Part shown: positions 25,842 through 32,952 of the stretch, in pieces | Position numbering within the stretch: the first letter of the stretch is position 1 | How the letters are laid out: each line of letters opens with the position of its first letter | Program-made: the position numbers and the translations under genes | Source of the DNA: a virus | Taxonomy: Duplodnaviria > Heunggongvirae > Uroviricota > Caudoviricetes | DNA: 33,460 nucleotides | Reading direction: 5' to 3' (one strand) | IMG/VR virus record: IMGVR_UViG_3300027852_000034 | Coordinates: 1-33,460 of that record | Notes under the pieces: model-generated | What the model saw: only the letters and a program-made list of their open reading frames with translations | The model's database searches: none | What the model was told of the DNA's origin: nothing

Positions 25842-25859
25842 CAGCACGTCCATGTGCTG
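25842..25859 (-). promoter_or_regulatory. CsrA/RsmA-type hexaloop hairpin, possibly also a terminator
   Basis: Minus strand CAGCAC-ATGGAC-GTGCTG-TTCTTT directly after the stop of the 177-aa gene. Confidence 0.5.
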
Positions 25860-25876
25860 ATCTTATTGCGTCTCCT

Positions 25877-26410
25877 TTACGCAGACTTTGCAGCTACCTT
25901 CGCTACAGTCTTAGCAGCCTTCTTAGGCGGCCGTGCTGTACGTGGGGCCTTTGGCTTGAGAGATGCCGCATACTTAGCCACGTATGCTGCGGGATCTTCA
26001 ACCACGTTAAGCTGCTTGTTCATTGTGCCCTTACGATGGGCTTCGAACTTGAGAGCTGTGCAGATCTTCGCATACAGATCAGTAGCCTTCTTTCCACGAC
26101 GGGGAAGGGTCTGAGTGATCTTGTTCGGTACACGAAATGCAAGGACTGCTGAGAGATTCGTAATGGAAGGCTTCACCTTGAAAACCTCCTGAAACTCTGC
26201 TGCCAACTCCTTGTTGACCGCTACAGTGTTCTTTGCAAGACGCTTCAGAATCTCGTCTGCGTTCACACCGTTTGGATGTGCTGGACGACACAATGCAGAA
26301 CCAAGCAATGCGGATACTGAGGACAAGCCGCGAGGCCAGGACTTAACATCTACCTTCCACTTGGATGCTGCGAGGTCCAGATTAGCTAAACGTACTTTTA
26401 GTGTTGCCAT
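25877..26410 (-). CDS. 177-aa basic protein, paralog of 24222..24722, histone-H1-like tail
   Basis: LKVRLAN, WPRG, LLGSALCRPAH, LAFRVPNKITQTLPRRGK; tail KPKAPRTARPPKKAAKTVAKVAAKSA; start re-set to ATG 26410 (AGGAG RBS). Confidence 0.85.
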   Translation of the reverse strand: MATLKVRLANLDLAASKWKVDVKSWPRGLSSVSALLGSALCRPAHPNGVNADEILKRLAKNTVAVNKELAAEFQEVFKVKPSITNLSAVLAFRVPNKITQTLPRRGKKATDLYAKICTALKFEAHRKGTMNKQLNVVEDPAAYVAKYAASLKPKAPRTARPPKKAAKTVAKVAAKSA

Positions 26411-26450
26411 AATCATCGTCTCCTGTGACGTTGGTATCTGTAGCAAATTT

Positions 26451-26517
26451 GCTACTATATATAGTATATAACAACCATCCTGAAATACAAGCTAATCTTG
26501 GTGCTATTATGCAAATT
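26451..26517 (-). promoter_or_regulatory. bipartite early-type promoter motif, copy 1
   Basis: AATTTGCATAATAGCACC-N23-GGTTGTTATATACTATATATAGTAGC. Confidence 0.7.
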
Positions 26518-26687
26518 CCTACCGTATCCTGATCTAGGTCAATACTCTAAATCTATACCATGGATTGCCCATGATTAGGTATTTGGGCATAGGTTGGATA
26601 CACCTATCCATGGAAAGAGGGGAAAGGTAAAAAAGGACTGTCACTACAACAATCCTGATTAATTATGATTTAAACCTTAGATTCGTT

Positions 26688-26819
26688 CTATACCGGTGCT
26701 GCAACTGAGAGTAAAGCTAAGAGTGTGAAACATGCAACAGCTACGACTACAAGGTCAACGAATGCTTTAAGAATATCAAACGCACTTATACCTATACTAC
26801 GACTTTTCAAATTTACCAT
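26688..26819 (-). CDS. 43-aa membrane peptide
   Basis: AGGAG RBS; C-terminal TM; not in the ORF track. Confidence 0.6.
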   Translation of the reverse strand: MVNLKSRSIGISAFDILKAFVDLVVVAVACFTLLALLSVAAPV

Positions 26820-26881
26820 GCTTTTTCTCCTGTGATCGAACATGCCTTAATTGTAGTACCTTAAAACAAGTCGGTTATAAA

Positions 26882-27055
26882 CTATACATCCATGATCTCA
26901 TCTTCTGAAATACCATACTCCTTACACATCTTTCGTACAGTATAATCATTATATTCTTTGTTTACCTCTCGTACCTCTATCAGCTCTCCATTTTTCCATA
27001 TCTTGTATTTCCAGATACGTGGTGGCTTCTGCTTTGATCTGTATATGATTATCAC
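26882..27055 (-). CDS. 57-aa hypothetical protein
   Basis: AGGAG RBS, GTG start, downstream of promoter copy 2; not in the ORF track. Confidence 0.6.
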   Translation of the reverse strand: MIIIYRSKQKPPRIWKYKIWKNGELIEVREVNKEYNDYTVRKMCKEYGISEDEIMDV

Positions 27056-27077
27056 CTTAATCTCCTGTATCGTGTAC

Positions 27078-27139
27078 TGTTATATATAGTATATAACAAC
27101 CGACATTGATATGCTGCTTTCCATGGTACTAATACAAAA
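27078..27139 (-). promoter_or_regulatory. bipartite promoter motif, copy 2
   Basis: TTTTGTATTAGTACC-N23-GGTTGTTATATACTATATATAACA. Confidence 0.7.
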
Positions 27140-27165
27140 GGTTTATCCATGACTTCTTTAGAGGT

Positions 27166-27194
27166 AAAAAAGACTCTGCCACTAGGACAGAGTC
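27166..27194 (-). terminator. intrinsic terminator
   Basis: GACTCTGTC-CTAGT-GGCAGAGTC-TTTTT. Confidence 0.75.
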
Positions 27195-27213
27195 AACGAC
27201 ACACTCACCAACA

Positions 27214-27333
27214 CTAAATCAATCTAAGGGAGTAGATATGGGCAAGCCATCCTGCCACAAATCCTATAATAAAATATATAACCGACAACGTTAACAACTC
27301 TCGATGCGTACAAGGATCTTTGTGATCACTCAT
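27214..27333 (-). CDS. 39-aa membrane peptide
   Basis: ATGA overlap with the upstream gene; LLTLSVIYFIIGFVAGWLAHIY TM; not in the ORF track. Confidence 0.55.
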   Translation of the reverse strand: MSDHKDPCTHRELLTLSVIYFIIGFVAGWLAHIYSLRLI

Positions 27334-27560
27334 TTTACCAGCTCCTTTAATTCTTTCTTAATACGCCTTGCATCTTCCCCACGCCAGCTACCTGCATTGC
27401 TGAGGAAGTACAACACAATACTCTTCCCACTGTCATAACCATAGTTGTCAGTGATTTTAGTCAGACTGCCCATAGCTTCTAGATATGTTTCAGCAGCATA
27501 GTTAACCTTAGACCATGTACCTCTGATCTCTGTTGCTATCGTGTGTATTGGTCGTGCCAC
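27330..27560 (-). CDS. phage hypothetical protein, 76 aa
   Basis: RPIHTIA.EI...W..YL.AM..YG.DSGKSIVLYFLSNA..WRGE.ARRIK.EL; I recall this as a widespread phage hypothetical. Confidence 0.8.
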   Translation of the reverse strand: MARPIHTIATEIRGTWSKVNYAAETYLEAMGSLTKITDNYGYDSGKSIVLYFLSNAGSWRGEDARRIKKELKELVK

Positions 27561-27570
27561 GTTATTCTCC

Positions 27571-27888
27571 TTATAATGTTTTCACATACTCTTGAAAAGC
27601 TGCAATCTCATCATCTAACATAACCTCATCTATCGAAATGAACGCTAGCGTCTTGACAAATGGAGCGATGTCAATCTTACAAATATGCGCCATTGAAACA
27701 ATCTCAGAAATTCTCATTCCACCAAAGTCACTTGGACCAGTGTAGTATCCTATAAAGATCTGCTTTCTCATATCAGCGTTATGACCTTTAAAGAACTCTT
27801 CAAGTTTAGAATGATGCCAACGTGAAAAACCATGCTTACCGGATACCGTTATGTCATCCAAACCATTGATAATCTTTTCTGCAATCAT
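27571..27888 (-). CDS. hypothetical protein
   Basis: GAGG RBS downstream of a promoter motif. Confidence 0.7.
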   Translation of the reverse strand: MIAEKIINGLDDITVSGKHGFSRWHHSKLEEFFKGHNADMRKQIFIGYYTGPSDFGGMRISEIVSMAHICKIDIAPFVKTLAFISIDEVMLDDEIAAFQEYVKTL

Positions 27889-27911
27889 TTTAGTTATCCT
27901 CGTGTGTCGTT

Positions 27912-27942
27912 ACTGCTATATAAAGCATAGCAACACCAATTT
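27912..27942 (-). promoter_or_regulatory. second promoter subtype, copy A
   Basis: AAATTGGTGTTGCTATGCTTTATATAGCAGT; 27/31 identical to 30330-30360. Confidence 0.65.
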
Positions 27943-27961
27943 AACCAAACAACTTAATCTT

Positions 27962-28183
27962 TTACACGTGGTACCAGGTATCAGGTAGTATACCTGCATG
28001 AGATGTAACCTCTATTATACCATCTACCTTATACTCTACACCTTCCTGCTTTACGAAATACTGTGATGGTTCAGGATCCTCTTTCCAAGTATCTATATCA
28101 ACAAGTGCTTCCTTCGTATAGGTATACGTTCTATCCTCATTGGCTGGATAGGTAGCAGTGAGTTTTACATAGGTCTGGGGCAT
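27962..28183 (-). CDS. hypothetical protein
   Basis: Packed ORF. Confidence 0.65.
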   Translation of the reverse strand: MPQTYVKLTATYPANEDRTYTYTKEALVDIDTWKEDPEPSQYFVKQEGVEYKVDGIIEVTSHAGILPDTWYHV

Positions 28184-28184
28184 G

Positions 28185-28427
28185 TTATTTTTTCACCTCA
28201 ACAAAGTAATCATCTTTCCAGAAGAACGCTGATATATGACCACCTGGCATGGACAGCTTACTATCCTCAATGACAGTGTACTTACGGCTGGTATGCTCTT
28301 CACCTCTATAACGAACAGTGCCCCATGTACCAGGTATATCCAGTAATATTTGCCGGAAGGCTTTATCACTGAATTTCATCTTCAGAGTAGCGTCCTTAGT
28401 TCTTAATTCATATTTAAAATCAGCCAT
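28185..28427 (-). CDS. hypothetical protein
   Basis: AGGAG RBS. Confidence 0.7.
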   Translation of the reverse strand: MADFKYELRTKDATLKMKFSDKAFRQILLDIPGTWGTVRYRGEEHTSRKYTVIEDSKLSMPGGHISAFFWKDDYFVEVKK

Positions 28428-28437
28428 GCTGTTCTCC

Positions 28438-28680
28438 TTAAACTAAAACCTGACGTTCGATCTTTCCTTCGATATAATCTTCACCTTCATAAGCAAAGTT
28501 ACCTTCATCATCGAAGTACAGCAACGTGTACGTCACACCTATATCTACCTCTTTACCTGAGGGCATGACTAGGACACCGTGATCTATTCCACTGATGCAA
28601 CGACTCCACCAACGGCCTTTGTGAAAGACTTTGTGATACTTTATTATATCACTGTGACAGATTGGACAGGTGATACACAT
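28438..28680 (-). CDS. hypothetical protein (CPICH)
   Basis: GGAG RBS. Confidence 0.65.
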   Translation of the reverse strand: MCITCPICHSDIIKYHKVFHKGRWWSRCISGIDHGVLVMPSGKEVDIGVTYTLLYFDDEGNFAYEGEDYIEGKIERQVLV

Positions 28681-28689
28681 TTCGATCTC

Positions 28690-28881
28690 CTAATAGTAGA
28701 TGTTATCTACGGTATGGCCGCATTTAGTGCAGAGTAGAAACTCGCGTCCACTGTCTGGACCTGCATAAGATCCATCATCCATATAAGTATGATCACAGAC
28801 TGCCATCTCTGCGTCTGTCAACCACTGATACCACTTATCATTTAAAAGATCCCAGGATGCTTTGTGTACTTGTGAGAGCAT
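28690..28881 (-). CDS. small Zn-binding protein (CDH..CTKCG)
   Basis: Start re-set to ATG 28881 (AAGGA RBS, below promoter copy 3). Confidence 0.65.
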   Translation of the reverse strand: MLSQVHKASWDLLNDKWYQWLTDAEMAVCDHTYMDDGSYAGPDSGREFLLCTKCGHTVDNIYY

Positions 28882-28908
28882 GTCATTTATCCTTATGTGT
28901 CGTGTATT

Positions 28909-28972
28909 ACTATATAAAGTATATAACAACCGATATGTGCTGTGTAAGGTCAAAGGTGTTAATATGCAAATT
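28909..28972 (-). promoter_or_regulatory. bipartite promoter motif, copy 3
   Basis: AATTTGCATATTAACACC-N23-GGTTGTTATATACTTTATATAGT. Confidence 0.7.
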
Positions 28973-28978
28973 AGTACC

Positions 28979-29188
28979 TCAATAAGATCGAAGGAGATCT
29001 ATTATGTCAGACTTAAAACGAAAGATCATGGAGCTGGTTGAATCATACTTCAGGTGTAGACTAAAGAACCAAGGTATACGTACCTGCCTTATCCAGGTAG
29101 CCAAGGGTCTATTGACTAAGTCATAATCCATGGGCATATGATTGGCGCAATACTTTATGCAGTAGGCCCTATCCAATCTATTAAACAA
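28979..29188 (-). CDS. possible hypothetical protein
   Basis: TTG-start ORF with no clear RBS. Confidence 0.35.
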   Translation of the reverse strand: MFNRLDRAYCIKYCANHMPMDYDLVNRPLATWIRQVRIPWFFSLHLKYDSTSSMIFRFKSDIIDLLRSY

Positions 29189-29244
29189 CTAGACTAGACT
29201 ACACCAATACCTATTGGTGTAGATTAGTTACTGCCTTGGACACA

Positions 29245-29410
29245 GATTCCTTACAGATCATGATTAGGTGTACTCAGTACCTGCCCATGGACATTGAGTA
29301 TACCTATCCGTGATCTTGGACATAGATCAACCCAACCCAATGATCTTGGACGTTGACTATACCTAATCACAGCCATGGCACAAGATCATGATCAGGATTA
29401 TCCATGATCC
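29245..29410. repeat. GATC/CCATG-rich tract with TGATCTTGGAC repeats
   Basis: 7 GATC; TGATCTTGGAC at 29311 and 29341; GATTCCTTACAGATCA identical to 25479-25494. Confidence 0.65.
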
Positions 29411-29855
29411 CTGTGGTTGGGTCATACACGGTGTCAATCCATATAGTGGGCCCAATTCTGTGTTTTTCTATGGTTTTCTGTGTTTTTGGGCCCTATACAG
29501 TCATATTTACCTATATATGGACAATCTTTGCTATAATCTGGGGAATCTAACGAAATGATCTGATATAGACTACATTATGATCTTATTCTTATACCTTATA
29601 ATCTTACAACATATACCTATACAACTAAACCCTATACTCCTTGATCTTATATACAGTCTCACATACTCTACTACAACGAATATAAATAAGAGAGTATGAT
29701 CTATATAGAATCTACTACCCTTATACTCTCATTACTCATACTACTAATACTCTAGAATTACCGTTCTTACTCTTCTTTACTTGTGGAATCATTAAATCTT
29801 TTAATCTTGTGATTGTTCCCATTCAGGATAGATATCAGAATCTATAATCGGTAAC

Positions 29856-30086
29856 TCATAATCTTTTCTTCTGGAGTTGAATAATCTTATAATCCCATAA
29901 CCCTATATCATCTAACTCTTGCCAACCCTCTGCATCAGAATAAGTACCACCTACAGGTTCAATCAAACCATCCATAAACTCAGCAATCATTAGACAACCA
30001 TATATCTCCGTATCTATAGCACCAGCAACATGCAGCATATTTCCATTAACAGTATTCTCATAATACTTACCTACTTGAAATCTCAT
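29856..30086 (-). CDS. hypothetical protein, tandem paralog 1
   Basis: MRFQVGKYY..GNMLH..IYG..AEFMDG.IEPVG. Confidence 0.75.
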   Translation of the reverse strand: MRFQVGKYYENTVNGNMLHVAGAIDTEIYGCLMIAEFMDGLIEPVGGTYSDAEGWQELDDIGLWDYKIIQLQKKRL

Positions 30087-30092
30087 ACTCTC

Positions 30093-30305
30093 TTACCTCT
30101 GATGCAGTATGTTGATCTTATCGTACCATTCCTGTAGATCATCTATCTCCTCCCAATACTCTGCACTCATACCTACAGGTTCAATAGTACCATCCATAAA
30201 CTCAGCAAGCATGGTATGACCATAAATATCTGTACCAATAGTGCATAGAATATGCATCATGTTTCCATCCTTACATTTATAATGCCTTCCAACATGAAAT
30301 CTCAT
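30093..30305 (-). CDS. hypothetical protein, tandem paralog 2
   Basis: MRFHVGRHY..GNMMH..IYG..AEFMDG.IEPVG; AGGAG RBS. Confidence 0.75.
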   Translation of the reverse strand: MRFHVGRHYKCKDGNMMHILCTIGTDIYGHTMLAEFMDGTIEPVGMSAEYWEEIDDLQEWYDKINILHQR

Positions 30306-30329
30306 ACCTATTCTCCTTATACATTTGTC

Positions 30330-30360
30330 ACTGCTATATAAAACATAACGTCACCAATTT
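30330..30360 (-). promoter_or_regulatory. second promoter subtype, copy B
   Basis: AAATTGGTGACGTTATGTTTTATATAGCAGT. Confidence 0.65.
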
Positions 30361-30387
30361 ATATTAGCAACACTATGCTGGTAGCAA

Positions 30388-30594
30388 TTACAATAACTCA
30401 TACCTTACCAATGCATAATCGATCTCAGCAGTCACCTTACAAAGAGCATATATAATATCCGGATTATCAGACTGTGTCCAATCATATTCAGTCTCATACA
30501 GATCTAAATCTTCTACATACTTAATCAACTTCTTTTTCTTCTTAGAAATCTTTAAACATCCACCTTCTACATCCTCTAATAACCATACCTTCAT
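30388..30594 (-). CDS. hypothetical protein, weak paralog of 30893..31099
   Basis: MKVWLL..SKKKKKL..YALVRYELL. Confidence 0.65.
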   Translation of the reverse strand: MKVWLLEDVEGGCLKISKKKKKLIKYVEDLDLYETEYDWTQSDNPDIIYALCKVTAEIDYALVRYELL

Positions 30595-30896
30595 TTCATT
30601 CTTCCTCTGTGTTGATCTAGTGTGTTCTGAAACAAGTTGAAATCTATTTCAGCAGATATGTTTACGGTACTTAATACATAATCTATAAAGTAGATCATTG
30701 CAGCATGATTTTCCTTAGGTAAGTATGACCATAACAATTGCTGTACAGTCATATACAGATTTGGTGGATCATCTACTTGATACGGATCGAATGGTAATAC
30801 CTTTATTACATTATATTTCAACTCTGTATCAAAGCCTATTCCTTTAAACTTCATGTAAATCTTTCTCATAGATTCATAAACTTGATCTTCCATCAT
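30591..30896 (-). CDS. hypothetical protein
   Basis: ATGA-coupled. Confidence 0.7.
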   Translation of the reverse strand: MMEDQVYESMRKIYMKFKGIGFDTELKYNVIKVLPFDPYQVDDPPNLYMTVQQLLWSYLPKENHAAMIYFIDYVLSTVNISAEIDFNLFQNTLDQHRGRMK

Positions 30897-31099
30897 AATA
30901 CCTTAAATCTAAGCAGCTCATACTCTACAATACCTGTATCCTTATGAACTACATAACACAGATCTGCATTAACTGAACTCTTTATAATCTTATAATCCTT
31001 TCTCTTTACGAAATCAGAGAACACAAGATCTTCTAAAGTCTTTCTTCTAGTAGATGTAGCCAATATCATACTAGCCCTCTGTAAGATCCAAATCTTCAT
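30893..31099 (-). CDS. hypothetical protein
   Basis: MKIWIL..STRRKTL..YELLRFKVL; coupled. Confidence 0.65.
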   Translation of the reverse strand: MKIWILQRASMILATSTRRKTLEDLVFSDFVKRKDYKIIKSSVNADLCYVVHKDTGIVEYELLRFKVL

Positions 31100-31401
31100 T
31101 TTTGATCTCCTGTAATCATATGCTCTATAATTCCATACAGATTATCAACAACCACATCTTCCATAATTCTGAATATCTTAATATCTATAGTAACAACACC
31201 TTCTACAAAATCTTGTGAGTACGAAGCATAATCTATATACCAAAGTACATCCGTTCTTTTCTTATAGTTCTCTATTGCAGCCTCTAATACCTTTACTGAA
31301 GGTGCATCGTCTATCTTCCACTCTGTTGTTACCTCTATTTCTAATCTGTTACCCCAAAAATTAGTATTCATTACCGTAGCTATAAACTTTGGAGAACTCA
31401 T
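31096..31401 (-). CDS. hypothetical protein
   Basis: Coupled ORF. Confidence 0.7.
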   Translation of the reverse strand: MSSPKFIATVMNTNFWGNRLEIEVTTEWKIDDAPSVKVLEAAIENYKKRTDVLWYIDYASYSQDFVEGVVTIDIKIFRIMEDVVVDNLYGIIEHMITGDQK

Positions 31402-31565
31402 TATGGGTTACCCTGAATGATGACCTTCCAGCCTCTCCACTCCAGCCATTTAACTTCTGATTTTGAAACACTATCTCCTACATGAGGCCAGAAAGCAGGA
31501 TAATCTACAGACAATACCTTGTAACAACTGCCTAAATCTTGTAACAGTACATTACGTTCTTTCAT
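31401..31565 (-). CDS. hypothetical protein
   Basis: Start re-set to ATG 31565 (TAATG). Confidence 0.6.
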   Translation of the reverse strand: MKERNVLLQDLGSCYKVLSVDYPAFWPHVGDSVSKSEVKWLEWRGWKVIIQGNP

Positions 31566-31936
31566 TATAATTTCTCCGCAAAGTAATCTCGTTCTACTGT
31601 CCATTTCTTAGAACAATCTAAATGATTGATCACCCAATGCTTAGCAACGAACATTAGATCCTCTGGAGGCTGTTCAAAGTCTATACAGAAATGAATCTCT
31701 TCTCGATCTGTACTTCCATTTATCTCAATAGCTGTAAAACAGAATCTATGTTCCAATCTCCCTAAACAATCTTTACAAGTTACCTTCTTTAGATCATCCG
31801 TAATCCTTTCATCAAACATAATCTGATGGCAGAGAGTCCAGTTACTATTCTTGATAGCATTATAGATATGAGGAGAATCGAAATACTCGTACCTCTCAGT
31901 TTTTCTATCTCTCAAATGTACCTTAGGTTCATACAT
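31565..31936 (-). CDS. hypothetical protein (VTCKDC motif)
   Basis: H..LC..VTCKDCL, possible Zn site. Confidence 0.7.
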   Translation of the reverse strand: MYEPKVHLRDRKTERYEYFDSPHIYNAIKNSNWTLCHQIMFDERITDDLKKVTCKDCLGRLEHRFCFTAIEINGSTDREEIHFCIDFEQPPEDLMFVAKHWVINHLDCSKKWTVERDYFAEKL

Positions 31937-31945
31937 ACCTTTATC

Positions 31946-32251
31946 CTAAAAACGAAACAATGGATGATTATCTAAGATGGGATTGATGTCTATCTTAGAT
32001 TTAATGTACTCAGCTATCCTACCTTTCTCATTGGATAGAACTACAGTAAAATGTGTAGGTCCAGGACGACCTTTATTATTAGAACAAGCAATACCTAATT
32101 GAGTGAATGCTTTCATCCCAAACCAAAAATTAGCACATGCATCCTCAAGTTCAATTCGACCTTCTGCTTCTTCACAAGTCTTAAACCATCTACTTATACA
32201 ATGTGCTGCAAAAGGTTCTAAATTCTCAGAAAAGAATAGCTGTTTCTTCAT
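31946..32251 (-). CDS. hypothetical protein
   Basis: AGGA RBS. Confidence 0.65.
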   Translation of the reverse strand: MKKQLFFSENLEPFAAHCISRWFKTCEEAEGRIELEDACANFWFGMKAFTQLGIACSNNKGRPGPTHFTVVLSNEKGRIAEYIKSKIDINPILDNHPLFRF

Positions 32252-32268
32252 TTTTATTGTCCTTTATA

Positions 32269-32652
32269 TTATTGATCAACCCTCAGACTTATTACTTCAC
32301 CTTCTTGCTCATGCATTCTTTCTATAATGTTCTCTTCTTCCATCAAACCGCCTTCCTCTTCACCGTCATAATAGGTTTGAAGGCCTCCTTTGTTCTGTAA
32401 ATTCATAGCATACTCTCTCAGACGTTTTACCTCATCAGCATAAGAAGGTAATCCAAAACTGCGATCATATACCTCAACAGATTTTACTGCTTCGAGAACA
32501 CAGACCCAACTACCATTTTCAGCACCGTATAAAGCATTATACTGAAATCGCAAAAACTTTGGTTTAACAATACGGAGCAAAGCATCTATATCCTCACCGA
32601 AAGTTAGTTTATCTTTACCTGGTGTTTCAGAAGCATGTATTAATACCAACAT
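32269..32652 (-). CDS. hypothetical protein
   Basis: GAGG RBS. Confidence 0.7.
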   Translation of the reverse strand: MLVLIHASETPGKDKLTFGEDIDALLRIVKPKFLRFQYNALYGAENGSWVCVLEAVKSVEVYDRSFGLPSYADEVKRLREYAMNLQNKGGLQTYYDGEEEGGLMEEENIIERMHEQEGEVISLRVDQ

Positions 32653-32663
32653 AATCTTAACCT

Positions 32664-32870
32664 CTATCTATCAAAAGTTGTAAGATTGTGAAATGCGGAA
32701 TGGAAGCTTTTGATCTTAGTATTCAAAAGATCAATTACGAACTGTTGCTCATTCCATGCTGCTCTACAAAACTGTATAAGTAATAGATCATTATCATCAA
32801 GTTCTGAACAATGATCTGGATCTATATTCATAGACCTCATAAAATTATCGAATCTAAGATCACTCATCAT
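32664..32870 (-). CDS. hypothetical protein
   Basis: GGAGG RBS. Confidence 0.65.
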   Translation of the reverse strand: MMSDLRFDNFMRSMNIDPDHCSELDDNDLLLIQFCRAAWNEQQFVIDLLNTKIKSFHSAFHNLTTFDR

Positions 32871-32952
32871 CCACCTCCATTATACCTACATTAGCAATAC
32901 TGTATCTCCCATCCTTGTAACTATCAGGTACTGCAATCACACATAAACATAA

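Noticed and set aside
24222-26410. Nop-domain (TIGR-Tas/IS110-like) identity for the paralogs, from QTLPRRGKKATDLYAKIC resembling a Nop C-terminal helix
   Set aside because: The similarity is confined to one short helix, the rest lacks recognisable Nop/IS110 motifs, and the nearby repeats lack clear C/D boxes. Only a structure search could revive it.
653-26471. Opposite-strand or shadow ORFs in the track (e.g. 653..877, 1270..1482, 6101..6304, 9480..9824, 21639..21944, 23632..23865, 25854..26114, 26079..26291)
   Set aside because: They lie antisense or out of frame within better-supported genes or low-complexity DNA, without RBS or recognisable motifs.
23330-29850. Stop-codon reassignment making the long non-coding tracts coding
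   Set aside because: Conserved genes are intact under code 11 and ORFs here end in all three stop codons; the tracts are low-complexity and rich in TAA as well as TAG/TGA.
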